A stretch of 64,000 bases of DNA from Pseudomonadota bacterium (GCA_021295775.1 JAGWBS010000014.1:10199-74198), one strand, 5' to 3'. Shown: positions 52,294 to 61,438, numbered from the stretch's first letter. The notes: a model not told the origin generated them from the letters alone. Program-made: numbers and translations.

Positions 52294-53361
52294 ATGCCGC
52301 TGGCGAAGGAGGTTCTCCAGCGCCTCATCGAGGCGTCTCCGCACATCGTTATCGCCACCGCCTCGAACGGCACCGTCTCCTATTACAACGACGGCGCCCG
52401 CGACAACCTGGGTTACTCGCGCGAGGAGATCATCGGACGCGAGGTCCAGGTCCTGTACCCCTCGCTCGACGAGGCGCGCCGGGTCATGCGGGCCATGCGC
52501 GGCTCGGACTGCGGCGGCCCCGGGCGGCTGGAGTCGTTTCCGACCACCTTCGTCACCAAGGATGGGAGCCCGCTCCCGGTCTCCATCTCCGGCGTCATCA
52601 TCAAGAACGAGCGCGGAGAGGAGGACGGCACGATCGGCTTCTCGGAAGATCTCAGTGAGATCATCCGCAAAGACAAGCTGGCGGTCCTGGGCGAAGTCAC
52701 GATCGGTCTCTCGCACGAGATCAACAATCCACTGACTGCGATCGCCAATCATCTCTCGCTGCTCGAGCGCTTCGTCTTCGGGCACGAGACGTCCAAGGGG
52801 GCGGCCGACGAGCTGCAGCGCATCGCGGCGATGCGCGGCGAGGTCCGGCGCATCGAGATCCGCCTGGCGCGCCTGCGCGAGATGGCCGAGAAAGAGGACT
52901 ACCGCAGCACGGACTACCTGGACGGCCAGTCCATGATCGACCTGTCGAGCGGCGAGGGGCCGCTCGCCGGACACCGCCTGCTGGTGGTCGACGACGACGA
53001 CGCCGTGCGCAAATCGATCGTCGAGATCCTCGACGCCGAGGGCTGCAAGGTGGACGCGTGCTGCAACGGGCGCGAAGCCCTGGCGCGCCTGCGCGGCGAC
53101 TCCTACGACCTGGTGCTCTCCGACGTGGTCATGCCCGAGATGGACGGCTACGAGCTACTGCTCGAAACGCGCCGCCTCTGCCCGCAGACGCAGGTCGTGC
53201 TGATGACGGCCTTCTACCACGACCAGAACCACATCCTGAAGCGCAGCCGGCTGCAGGGCCTCGAGGGCGTGCTGTTCAAGAAGCCGCTGAACCCCGAGCG
53301 CCTGCGCAACACGCTGGGCCGGCTTCTCACTCGGGATCGGCCAGCTCCTTCGCCACGTTGA
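52294..53361 (+). CDS. PAS domain / HisKA (H-box) / response-regulator receiver protein with no HATPase_c domain
   Basis: 355 aa. PAS ~1-120. H-box 'LSHEINNPLTAIANHLSLLE' at ~151. Receiver 'LLVVDDDDAVRKSIVEILDAEGCKVDACCNGREALARLRGDSYDLVLSDVVMPEMDGYELL' at ~230-350. No N/G1/F/G2 boxes and no room for a catalytic domain. Confidence 0.75.
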   Translation: MPLAKEVLQRLIEASPHIVIATASNGTVSYYNDGARDNLGYSREEIIGREVQVLYPSLDEARRVMRAMRGSDCGGPGRLESFPTTFVTKDGSPLPVSISGVIIKNERGEEDGTIGFSEDLSEIIRKDKLAVLGEVTIGLSHEINNPLTAIANHLSLLERFVFGHETSKGAADELQRIAAMRGEVRRIEIRLARLREMAEKEDYRSTDYLDGQSMIDLSSGEGPLAGHRLLVVDDDDAVRKSIVEILDAEGCKVDACCNGREALARLRGDSYDLVLSDVVMPEMDGYELLLETRRLCPQTQVVLMTAFYHDQNHILKRSRLQGLEGVLFKKPLNPERLRNTLGRLLTRDRPAPSPR

Positions 53362-53521
53362 AGAGCTTGCCGTCGTCGTCCTTGGCCAGGTAGTGATCGT
53401 CCCACTCCTGCAGGACCTGAAGCTCCGTGCCCGCGGACACCTCGACATCTTCCAGGTCTTCGCCGAGATTGGCCTGGTGCTTGAAAACGGCGTCTTCCTT
53501 GAGGGTGATGCTGTCAGGCAT
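53327..53521 (-). CDS. small acidic protein (64 aa), function unknown
   Basis: Strong RBS AAGGAG 8 nt before the ATG. Balanced composition ('MPDSITLKEDAVFKHQANLGEDLEDVEVSAGTELQVLQEWDDHYLAKDDDGKLFNVAKELADPE'). 35-nt convergent overlap with the PAS protein. Confidence 0.55.
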   Translation of the reverse strand: MPDSITLKEDAVFKHQANLGEDLEDVEVSAGTELQVLQEWDDHYLAKDDDGKLFNVAKELADPE

Positions 53522-53581
53522 GGGGACCGGCTCCTTTCGGGCTGCGAGTTATAGCGCAGGCGGTCAGCGCTTGTCCGGGGG

Positions 53582-54226
53582 TTACGGCGTTCCCGCGAGC
53601 GCCGCGCGCCAGACGCGGCGCGCGCCCGCGGCGCGCAGGGCCGCCGCGGCCTCCGCCAGGGTCGCTCCGGTCGTCGCCACGTCGTCGAGCAGGAGCACGC
53701 GCGCTCCCGCGAGTCCGGGGTGGCCGGCCGAGAACGCCCCCGCCACGTTGCGCCGCCGCTCGGCCGGGCTGAGGCCGCTCTGGGTCGGAGTGGGCCGGGA
53801 CCGCACCAGCGCCGCGCGCCAGTGGGGCAGCCCGCGGGCGCGCGCCACCCGCCGGGCCAGATCGTGGACCGGGTCCGCTCCGGTCTCCCGCACCCGCCGG
53901 CGGTGGCGGGGCACGCCCACGACCGCCTGTGCGGGCAGCGGCTCGACCCGATCCAGCAGGTAGGGCAGCAGAACGGCCAGCGCGTCGCCGCGGCCGTCGA
54001 ACTTGAAGCGGCGCACCAGACGCCGGCCGACGCCTTCGTAGGCGACCCCGGTCCGGACCGCTCCCAGCGCGCGCATCTCCTTCAGACCGTCCCGACAAGG
54101 CGCGCACAGCAGGCTCTGGCCGGGCCTTCGGGGCGTGTCGCAGGCGGGGCAGACGCTGGGCGCGACCAGTTCAAGCAACTCCCGCGCCAGCCCGCGGACG
54201 GCCGCGCGCGGAGCGCTCGCGTTCAC
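53582..54226 (-). CDS. comF: ComF family protein (phosphoribosyltransferase-domain competence protein)
   Basis: 214 aa from GTG 54226. N-terminal zinc-finger cysteines 'CPACD...CAPC'. C-terminal PRTase motif 'VLLLDDVATTGATL'. Upstream part of the listed ORF is shadow. Confidence 0.7.
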   Translation of the reverse strand: MNASAPRAAVRGLARELLELVAPSVCPACDTPRRPGQSLLCAPCRDGLKEMRALGAVRTGVAYEGVGRRLVRRFKFDGRGDALAVLLPYLLDRVEPLPAQAVVGVPRHRRRVRETGADPVHDLARRVARARGLPHWRAALVRSRPTPTQSGLSPAERRRNVAGAFSAGHPGLAGARVLLLDDVATTGATLAEAAAALRAAGARRVWRAALAGTP

Positions 54227-54582
54227 GTCGCGCCGGCGGCGTGCGGGGAATCGACGGGATCCGCCTCGTCCCAGAGCCGCTCCAGCGCGTAGAAGTCGCG
54301 CGCCTCGGGCACGAAGACGTGAACCACCACGTCGAAGGCGTCGACCAGCACCCAGCGGCAGGTCTCCAGGCCTTCCACGCGCGGGTGCTCCGAGGCGGCC
54401 CGCGAGGCCGTTTCGCGCGCGCGCTCCGCCAGCGTGCGCACATGCCGGTCCGACGTGCCCGTCGCGATCACGAGGTAGTCGGCGAAACTCGAGATCTCCG
54501 AGACGTCGAGCACGCACAGATCGTGTCCCTTGGCGTCTTCGAGGGCGCCGACGATGGCCATGGCCTGCTGCTTGGAGTTCAA
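54223..54582 (-). CDS. rsfS: ribosome silencing factor RsfS (Iojap)
   Basis: 119 aa from TTG 54582 (GGGAGG upstream; TTGA overlap with the nadD stop). 'AIVGALEDAKGHDLCVLDVSEISSFADYLVIATGTSDRHVRTLAE...WVLVDAFDVVVHVFVPEARDFYALERLW'. Confidence 0.8.
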   Translation of the reverse strand: MNSKQQAMAIVGALEDAKGHDLCVLDVSEISSFADYLVIATGTSDRHVRTLAERARETASRAASEHPRVEGLETCRWVLVDAFDVVVHVFVPEARDFYALERLWDEADPVDSPHAAGAT

Positions 54583-55217
54583 TCGACCTCCCGATAGAGC
54601 TGGTGTTCGTCGATGTAGCGCGCGACCTCGCCGGGGACGAGATCGTCGATCTTCTGGCCGCGCGCGATCCGGGCGCGGACGTCGCTGGCGGACAGCTCGC
54701 TGAGTTCGAACGGGAGCATCCGCAGCGCGTGGCCGGAACGGTGCCGCCAGCCGCGCGGCGCGGGCTCGAACGCGCGGGCCAGGCCGGCCGGCAGCAGCGC
54801 TTCCAGGCTGTGCGCCTGGCCGGGGCGCGGGGCGACGGCGAAGTGGGCGTAGTCGAACAGCCGCTCGAAGTCTCTCCAGGCTTCGATCTCGGCCAGTGCG
54901 TCCGCTCCGCACACGAACCAGGGCGCGCGCGCGCCGTCCCCCCCGGACAGCGCCCGCAGCGTGTCGATGGTGTAGCTGGGGCCGGAGCGGGTTACTTCGA
55001 TGTCGTCCACCTCGAAGCCGGAACGGCCGCGGACCGCCCGGCGCACCATCTCCAGGCGATGCGGGGCCGGCGCGATCCCGGAGCGCTTGAGCGGAGGGTC
55101 GCCCGCGGGCACGAAGCGGACGCGCGCCAGGTCGAGTTCGCGGCGCGCCGCGTCCGCCAGCCGCAGGTGGGCCCGGTGAATCGGATTGAAGGTGCCGCCG
55201 AGGATTCCGAGGCTCAC
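54579..55217 (-). CDS. nadD: nicotinate-nucleotide adenylyltransferase
   Basis: 212 aa from GTG 55217 (GTGA overlap with the proA stop; GAGGGAA upstream). 'LGILGGTFNPIHRAHL' (the (H/T)xGH motif region), 'SGPSYTIDTLRAL'. Confidence 0.85.
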   Translation of the reverse strand: MSLGILGGTFNPIHRAHLRLADAARRELDLARVRFVPAGDPPLKRSGIAPAPHRLEMVRRAVRGRSGFEVDDIEVTRSGPSYTIDTLRALSGGDGARAPWFVCGADALAEIEAWRDFERLFDYAHFAVAPRPGQAHSLEALLPAGLARAFEPAPRGWRHRSGHALRMLPFELSELSASDVRARIARGQKIDDLVPGEVARYIDEHQLYREVD

Positions 55218-56476
55218 TCCTTGAGGGTTCCCTCGCCGAACGCGATGAACTTCTGCGAGGTCAGGCCCTCCAGTCCCATCGGTCCGAACCAGTGGATCTT
55301 GCTGGTCGAGATGCCGATCTCCGCGCCGAGGCCGAACTCGAAACCGTCGGCGAAGCGGGTGCTCGCGTTCACCAGCACCGAGCTGGAGTTGACGCGCCGC
55401 ACGAATTCGCGGCCGCGGGTGATGTCCTGCGTGACGATCGTCTCGGTGTGGTCCGAGCCGTGCTCGCGGATGTGCTCGATCGCCTCGTCCAGCGAGTCGA
55501 CCACGCGCACCGCCAGCGTCTTGTCCAGAAACTCTTCCGCCCAGTCCGAGTCGCTGGCGGGCACGGCCTTGGGAAACAGCTCCCGCGTGCGCTCGCAGCC
55601 GCGCAGCTCGACGCCCGCGCCGTCCAGTTCCGCCAGCACCTCGGCGCCGATGCCGCTCGCGACGGCGGAGTGGATCAGCAGCGTCTCGGCCGAGTTGCAG
55701 ACCGACACCCGCTGGCATTTGGAGTTGAGGGCGATGTCGCGCGCCATCCCGGGCTCGGCGAACTCGTCGATGTAGACGTGGCAGACGCCCTTGTAGTGCT
55801 TGATCACCGGAATGCGCGACTGACGGGCGACGCGCCGGATCAGACTCTCGCCCCCGCGCGGCACCACCAGGTCGATCTCGTCCTCGCGCTCGAGCAGCAG
55901 GTCGACGATCTCGCGGTCCGGCAGCGGGACGAGCTGCAGCGCGTCGGCGGGCAGGCCGCTCTCTTCCAGCGTCCCGCGCAGCAGCTCCGCGATCGCCCGG
56001 TTCGAGTTCAGCGACTCCGAACCGCCCCGCAGCAGCACGGCGTTGCCGCTCTTCAGGCACAGCCCGCCCACGTCCGCCGTCACGTTGGGGCGCGACTCGT
56101 AGATCACCAGGATCACCCCGAGCGGGATGCGCATGCGCCCGACCTGCAGCCCGCTGGGACGCGTCCACATGCCGGTCACCTCGCCCACCGGGTCCGGCAG
56201 CGCCGCCACGTCGCGCAGGCCGAGGGCCATGGCCCGGACGCGCTCCGGCGTCAGCGTCAGCCGCTCGAGCGGCCGGCCCACCAGGCCGCGCACGCGCGCC
56301 GCTTCGAGGTCAAACCCGTTGGCCTCCAGCAGCTCGTCCGTGGCCCGCTCCAGACGCTCCGCCGCCCCCCTGAGGGCCGCGTTCTTGCGGTCGGAGTCGA
56401 TCTCCGCGATTCGGTCCGCCGCCGCGGAGGCCCGGAGCGCGAGGTCGGCGACCAGTTCGGAATGGCTCACGGACAT
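55214..56476 (-). CDS. proA: gamma-glutamyl phosphate reductase
   Basis: 420 aa. 'VILVIYESRPNVTADVGGLCLKSGNAVLLRGG', 'CNSAETLLIH', 'NASTRFADG' are ProA signatures. Confidence 0.9.
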   Translation of the reverse strand: MSVSHSELVADLALRASAAADRIAEIDSDRKNAALRGAAERLERATDELLEANGFDLEAARVRGLVGRPLERLTLTPERVRAMALGLRDVAALPDPVGEVTGMWTRPSGLQVGRMRIPLGVILVIYESRPNVTADVGGLCLKSGNAVLLRGGSESLNSNRAIAELLRGTLEESGLPADALQLVPLPDREIVDLLLEREDEIDLVVPRGGESLIRRVARQSRIPVIKHYKGVCHVYIDEFAEPGMARDIALNSKCQRVSVCNSAETLLIHSAVASGIGAEVLAELDGAGVELRGCERTRELFPKAVPASDSDWAEEFLDKTLAVRVVDSLDEAIEHIREHGSDHTETIVTQDITRGREFVRRVNSSSVLVNASTRFADGFEFGLGAEIGISTSKIHWFGPMGLEGLTSQKFIAFGEGTLKE

Positions 56477-57625
56477 CTATGGTAGCTCAGCTTCGGGCCC
56501 TCCAAGCAGAATCAGATCGTCGCGGTGGATGATCTGTCCTCCGTTGGAGTAACCCAGCAGCGTGGCGATCTCGGAACTGCGCTGTCCCATGATCCGGCCC
56601 ACGTCGGACGAGTCGTAGGAGATCAGGCCCCGGGCCACCTCCTCGCCGTCCGGACCGACGCAGCGCACCAGGTCTCCGACCCCGAACCGGCCCGAGACGG
56701 CCACCACCCCGGCGGGCAGCAGGCTGGCGCGCCCGCCGCGCAGGGCGCGCACCGCGCCCGCGTCCAGGCTCAGCTCGCCGCGGGGAGAGAGCGAATAGGC
56801 GATCCAGTGCTTGCGCGAAGAGATCTGCTCGAGCGAGGGCGACACCCGGGTGCCGAGGTCTTCGCCGGCGCGGATGCGCTCCAGAACGCCCTTCTGCCGG
56901 CCGTCCGCGATCACCGTCGGCACGCCGAAGTGCGCGGCGGTTCGGGCCGCCTCCAGCTTCGAGCGCATTCCGCCCGAGCCCAGGTCCGAGCCGGACCCGC
57001 CGGCCAGCTCCAGGGTCTCCGCGGTGACTTCGTCGAGCTCCGCGATGCGCCGGGCGCCGGCCTTGCCCGGCGGCCGGTCGTGGAGCCCGTCCACGTCGGT
57101 CAGCAGCACCAGCAGGTCGGCTCCGCAGCAGTTGACCACCTGCGCCGCGAGCCGGTCGTTGTCGCCGAAGCGCAGCTCTTCGGTCGCCACCGAGTCGTTC
57201 TCGTTGACCACCGGCACCGCGCCGTGTTCCAGCAGCGTTTCCAGCGTCCGGCGCGCGTTCAGGAAACGCTCGCGGTCGGCCAGGCCGGCGTGCGTCAGCA
57301 GGATCTGCCCCACGACCAGGTCCCAGCGGCCCAGGGCCCGTTCGAAGCGCCGGCACAGATCGATCTGCCCGACCGCGGCCGCCGCCTGCTTTTCCGGGAT
57401 GGAGCGCGGCCGTTCCGGCAGCCGCAGCCGGCGCATGCCCAGGCCCACCGCGCCGGAGGAGACCACGACCACCTCGTGCCCCTGGCCCACCAGGGCCGCG
57501 ATCTGGCGCGCCAGCTCCGAAAAGCGCCTCACGTGCACGCCCTCGCCCGGCGGAGCCAGCAGGGACGTGCCCAGCTTGACCACCCAGCGCCGCTGCCGCG
57601 CGAACTTCAGCACGACACCACCCAT
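56477..57625 (-). CDS. proB: glutamate 5-kinase
   Basis: 382 aa from ATG 57625. 'VVKLGTSLL', 'VVVVSSGAVGLG', 'ENDSVATEELRFGDNDRLAAQV', C-terminal PUA domain. Upstream 538 codons of the listed ORF are shadow. Confidence 0.9.
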   Translation of the reverse strand: MGGVVLKFARQRRWVVKLGTSLLAPPGEGVHVRRFSELARQIAALVGQGHEVVVVSSGAVGLGMRRLRLPERPRSIPEKQAAAAVGQIDLCRRFERALGRWDLVVGQILLTHAGLADRERFLNARRTLETLLEHGAVPVVNENDSVATEELRFGDNDRLAAQVVNCCGADLLVLLTDVDGLHDRPPGKAGARRIAELDEVTAETLELAGGSGSDLGSGGMRSKLEAARTAAHFGVPTVIADGRQKGVLERIRAGEDLGTRVSPSLEQISSRKHWIAYSLSPRGELSLDAGAVRALRGGRASLLPAGVVAVSGRFGVGDLVRCVGPDGEEVARGLISYDSSDVGRIMGQRSSEIATLLGYSNGGQIIHRDDLILLGGPEAELP

Positions 57626-58629
57626 GCCGCCAGATCCCGCCTGAGATCGTCGAGTCCGTGGCCTCCGGCCGCCGAGATCCAGCGCGCCTCCAGCCCCGCG
57701 GCGCGGAGTTCTCCCGCCAGCCGCTGGCGTTCGGACGGGTCGGCCACCAGGTCGCTCTTGGTGATGCAGACCAGTTCGGGGCGGCGCGCCAGGTCCTCGG
57801 AGTAGGCGCTCAGCTCGCCGCGCAGCGCGCGGTAGTCCGCCAGCAGAGTGCGCGTGCCGCCGGGGTTCTCGAGCCGGGGCTGGGGGTCGAGCAGGTGCAC
57901 CAGCAGTCGGGTCCGCTCGACGTGCCGCAGGAAGCGGTCGCCGAGGCCCGCCCCGCGGTGGGCGCCCGGGATCAGGCCGGGGATGTCGGCGACCACGAAG
58001 CGGGTGTCGCCCAGTTCGACCGTGCCCAGGTGCGGCTGCAGGGTGGTGAACGGATAGTCCGCGATCCGGGGCCGGGCCGAGGACAGGCGCGAGACCAGCG
58101 TCGACTTGCCCGCGTTGGGAAAGCCGAGCAGCCCGACGTCGGCCAGAACCTTCAGCTCCAGCCGCAGCCAGCGCTCCTGGCCGCTCTCTCCGGGCTCGAA
58201 GCGCGTGGGCGCCCGCTGGGTCGAGGTCGCGAAGCAGGCGTTGCCGCGACCGCCCCGGCCGCCGCTGGCCGCGACCCAGCGCTGTTCCGGCTGCAGCAGT
58301 TCGCACAGCGTCTCGCGGCTGACGTCGTCGCGCACGATCGTCCCCAGCGGCAGGTCGAGCGTCAGATCGCCGCCGCCGCGGCCGTGCTTGCGGGCGCCGC
58401 GGCCATGGGCCCCGCGCTGCGCGCGGTAGTGCTTGCGGTAGTGCGCGTCGAGCAGGGTCGAGAGCTGGGAGCGGGCGCGCAGGACGACCGACCCGCCCCG
58501 ACCTCCGTTGCCGCCGTCGGGGCCGCCCCGAGGCGCGTATTTCTCGCGCCGGAACGACGAGCAGCCGTCGCCGCCGCTGCCGCCGCACACGTACACCCGG
58601 CACTCGTCTATGAAATCCGTCGCTGCCAT
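57607..58629 (-). CDS. obgE: GTPase ObgE/CgtA
   Basis: 340 aa. Obg fold 'FIDECRVYVCGGSGGDGCSSFRREKYAPRGGPDGGNGGRGGSV'. G-domain 'DVGLLGFPNAGKSTL...DIPGLIPGA'. Confidence 0.9.
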   Translation of the reverse strand: MAATDFIDECRVYVCGGSGGDGCSSFRREKYAPRGGPDGGNGGRGGSVVLRARSQLSTLLDAHYRKHYRAQRGAHGRGARKHGRGGGDLTLDLPLGTIVRDDVSRETLCELLQPEQRWVAASGGRGGRGNACFATSTQRAPTRFEPGESGQERWLRLELKVLADVGLLGFPNAGKSTLVSRLSSARPRIADYPFTTLQPHLGTVELGDTRFVVADIPGLIPGAHRGAGLGDRFLRHVERTRLLVHLLDPQPRLENPGGTRTLLADYRALRGELSAYSEDLARRPELVCITKSDLVADPSERQRLAGELRAAGLEARWISAAGGHGLDDLRRDLAAWVVSC

Positions 58630-58658
58630 GAGGGAACCCGGCCCCCGGCCGCTTCGGG

Positions 58659-58907
58659 TCAGGCTTCGATGCTGACGAGCTTGCGCTTGCCCGACGCGTG
58701 GTAGCGGACGGTGCCGTCGCGCAGCGCGAACAGCGTGTAGTCGCGGCCCACGCCCACCCCGAGGCCCGGGTGAATTCGGGTGCCGAGCTGCCGCACCAGG
58801 ATGTTTCCGGCGCTGGCCCGCTGACCGCCGTAGAGCTTGACGCCTCGGCGCTGCCCCTGGCTGTCCCGGCCGTTGCGGGTGCTGCCCTGTCCCTTCTTGT
58901 GCGCCAT
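58659..58907 (-). CDS. rpmA: 50S ribosomal protein L27
   Basis: 82 aa. '[29 protein letters not shown]...[15 protein letters not shown]' is near-universal L27 sequence. Confidence 0.95.
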   Translation of the reverse strand: MAHKKGQGSTRNGRDSQGQRRGVKLYGGQRASAGNILVRQLGTRIHPGLGVGVGRDYTLFALRDGTVRYHASGKRKLVSIEA

Positions 58908-58908
58908 C

Positions 58909-59217
58909 TCAGACCTCGATCGATTCGATTATCAGGCGGGTGTAATGCTGCCGGTGTCCCTTGTGCAGGCGGTAGCGCTTGCGGCGCTTGTGCTTGAAGA
59001 TGCGGATCTTCGGACCCGCAGACTCGCCCGCGATGGTGGCCACGACCTTGGCGCCGTCGACCAGCGGCTGGCCGATGCGCGGCTCCTCGCCGCCGACCAT
59101 CAGCACTTGGTCGAGTTCCACGCGCTCGCCCTCGGCGCCGTCGAGCAGCTCCACGTCGACCACGTCTCCGGGCTGGACCCGGAGCTGCTTTCCGCCGGTT
59201 CGCACGATCGCGTACAT
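58909..59217 (-). CDS. rplU: 50S ribosomal protein L21
   Basis: 102 aa. '[23 protein letters not shown]...[31 protein letters not shown]'. Confidence 0.95.
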   Translation of the reverse strand: MYAIVRTGGKQLRVQPGDVVDVELLDGAEGERVELDQVLMVGGEEPRIGQPLVDGAKVVATIAGESAGPKIRIFKHKRRKRYRLHKGHRQHYTRLIIESIEV

Positions 59218-59251
59218 GAGGGGGCGCAGTGTACGTCAACCGATTTCGGGG

Positions 59252-60388
59252 TCAACCGGCCGCCTGCAGCAGGTCCGCGGCGAGCCGCGCGATGGCGGCG
59301 GAGGCGGTCAGCCCCGGCGACTCGATCCCGATCAGGCAGACCAGTCCGGGGGCGCCCAGGTCGCCGGTCTCGCGGATCACGAAGTCGCGGAAGGCTTCGC
59401 CGGGGCCCTGGAGCTTGGGCCGGATGCCGGCCAGTTCGGGAGAGAGATCCCGCGGCCGGATCTCCGGCAGGTAGCGCGCCGCGGCCCGCGCGAAGCGTTC
59501 CGCCTTGGCGGGATCGACCCGGTAGGAAAGCTCGTCGACGTACTCGACGTCCGGCCCGAGGCGGTAGCGGCCCCCCAGGTCGAGGGTCACGTGGATGCCG
59601 AGCCCGGCGGCCGCGGGCACCGGGTAGACCAGGTGCCGGGTGAGCGCCCCCAGGCGCGGCGCGACCCCAAAGTAATCCCCCTTGCACCAGCGCAGGCGCC
59701 AGCCCAGGGCGTCCACGTCGAGCCCCGCCAGCTCGGCGATCCGGTCGGACCACAGGCCCGCGGCGTTGACGACCCGGGGCACTTCCAGATCGAAGCGCTC
59801 GCCCCGGTCCGACTCGGTGCGCAGGCTCCAGCCGTCCGCGCGCGGCTCGAGGCCGGCTACCCGGGTGTGGAGCGCCAGCGCCCCGCCGAGGGATTCGAGC
59901 TCGGCCTGGTAGCTGGCCGCCAGCGCGTGGGCGTCGACGATCCCGCTGCGGGGCGACCACAGGCCGGCGTGGGCGCGCACGCGGGGCTCGCGCCGGCCGA
60001 CCTCGGCCGCGTCCAGCCAGGACAGGGCGCCCGCCCCGCTGGCCTCGGCGCGGGCCGCGATGTCCTCCAGGGCGGACCGCTCCGAGGCCTGCGTCGCGAC
60101 CACCAGCTTGCCGATGCGGCGGTGTGGGATGTCCAGCTCCCGGCAGCGCGCGTAGAGCCGCTCGCGCCCTTCGACGCACAGCCGCGCCTTGAGCGAGTCG
60201 GGCGGGTAGTAGATCCCCGCGTGGACGACTTCGCTGTTGCGCGACGACGTCTCCCGCGCGATTCCTGCGTGAGTCTCGATCACGATCGGGGTCGAGCCGC
60301 GCCGGGCCAGCTCCGCCGCGCAGGCCAGCCCCACGATCCCGGCCCCGATCACCGCGACGTCGGGCGCTCCGGTGCCGGCAGAGGACAC
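59252..60388 (-). CDS. FAD-dependent oxidoreductase, L-2-hydroxyglutarate oxidase/dehydrogenase-like
   Basis: 378 aa. GTG start. 'DVAVIGAGIVGLACAAELARRGSTPIVIETHAGIARETSSRNSEVVHAGIYYPPDSLKARLCVEG' matches the LhgO/L2HGDH N-terminus. Confidence 0.75.
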   Translation of the reverse strand: MSSAGTGAPDVAVIGAGIVGLACAAELARRGSTPIVIETHAGIARETSSRNSEVVHAGIYYPPDSLKARLCVEGRERLYARCRELDIPHRRIGKLVVATQASERSALEDIAARAEASGAGALSWLDAAEVGRREPRVRAHAGLWSPRSGIVDAHALAASYQAELESLGGALALHTRVAGLEPRADGWSLRTESDRGERFDLEVPRVVNAAGLWSDRIAELAGLDVDALGWRLRWCKGDYFGVAPRLGALTRHLVYPVPAAAGLGIHVTLDLGGRYRLGPDVEYVDELSYRVDPAKAERFARAAARYLPEIRPRDLSPELAGIRPKLQGPGEAFRDFVIRETGDLGAPGLVCLIGIESPGLTASAAIARLAADLLQAAG

Positions 60389-60395
60389 GGCGCGG

Positions 60396-61220
60396 CTAGA
60401 GTTCGGCCGCGCGGGCCGCGGCGCCGATCGCGCCGCAGAACGCGCCCAGGCCCGGGAACTCGGCGCGCACGCCGAAGGCGCCCGTCTGGGAGTTCAGAAT
60501 GTCGCGCAGCAGGTCGTTCCCGTTCAACGTGGAACCGCAGTACATCACCAGCGGCGCCCCGTGGGCGAGCGCGAGCTGCCCGCAGATCAGTCCCAGGTTG
60601 TGGGCGACCATGCCGATCAGCGCGGCCGCCAGATCGGCCGGCTCGGCCGACTCCAGCTTGGCGAAGTGCGCAGCCGGCACCTCCAGCGGCAGCGGCGAGT
60701 CGTCCGGGCCGTACAGGTCCCCGAGCAGCAGGTCGACGCGCTCGCGCCGGCCCTCCGCGGCCAGCGCGACGATTTCCCCAAAGCGGTCCTTGCCCAGCAG
60801 CAGCCGTCCCAGGCCCATCAGCGATCCGCCGCCCAGGGCCGTGCCGCCGACCCGCACGCCCGCGCCTTCCCGCACCAGGATCGCGGACGCGCCGGTGCCC
60901 ACGCTGACCAGCAGATAGACCTCGGGAAGCTCCAGCCCGGCAATCGCCGCGACGATCGGCGCGCCCGAGATCCAGCAGTCGAACTCCCCCAGCACCGACG
61001 CTTCGGGCAGACCCAGTTCGCGGGCGATCGCCCGGGCGCCTCCGCCGGTCAGCCCGCCCCGGCCGCGGGGGTGGGGCAGGCCGCGCTCGAGCGCCGCGGC
61101 CTCTCGCTGCGGCAGGATGCGCGTGTCCCAGCCGCCGTCCCGGGCGGTCGCCAGTTTCCACAGCGACGCGCCGGCGTCGATGCCCCAGCACTCCGAAACC
61201 GGACCGGCGGATTCCCTCAC
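60396..61220 (-). CDS. type II pantothenate kinase (Fumble/eukaryotic-like PanK fold), putative
   Basis: 274 aa. 'GIDAGASLWKLA', 'LTGGGA', 'LLVSVGTGASILVREGAGVRVGGTALGGGSLMGLGRLLLG', 'VDLLLGDLYG' follow the Fumble-family actin-fold ATPase pattern. Start codon (GTG 61220) uncertain. Confidence 0.65.
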   Translation of the reverse strand: MRESAGPVSECWGIDAGASLWKLATARDGGWDTRILPQREAAALERGLPHPRGRGGLTGGGARAIARELGLPEASVLGEFDCWISGAPIVAAIAGLELPEVYLLVSVGTGASAILVREGAGVRVGGTALGGGSLMGLGRLLLGKDRFGEIVALAAEGRRERVDLLLGDLYGPDDSPLPLEVPAAHFAKLESAEPADLAAALIGMVAHNLGLICGQLALAHGAPLVMYCGSTLNGNDLLRDILNSQTGAFGVRAEFPGLGAFCGAIGAAARAAEL

Positions 61221-61396
61221 GCGCGCGTCAGCCTATCACTCCGATTGACCGACACGTCGCGTCGGTCCTAGAATCGCGACCGTTGCGAAGTGGAACGCTC
61301 CGCGACGCGCCGCCGACGACTTCGGAGCGGAAACGCGGAGCCGCCGGAGACGCGGGCAAGGATCGTTCCGGGGGTCGGAGAGCCATCTCCAGGGAG

Positions 61397-61418
61397 CCCC
61401 GTGATTCCGGTCACGGGG
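61397..61418 (-). terminator. putative terminator hairpin after the rhomboid gene (CCCCGTGA-ttccgg-TCACGGGG)
   Basis: Perfect 8-bp stem 21 nt downstream of the rhomboid stop on the minus strand. No strong U-tract. Confidence 0.25.
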
Positions 61419-61438
61419 CTCTTCGCTTCCCGCCCTGT

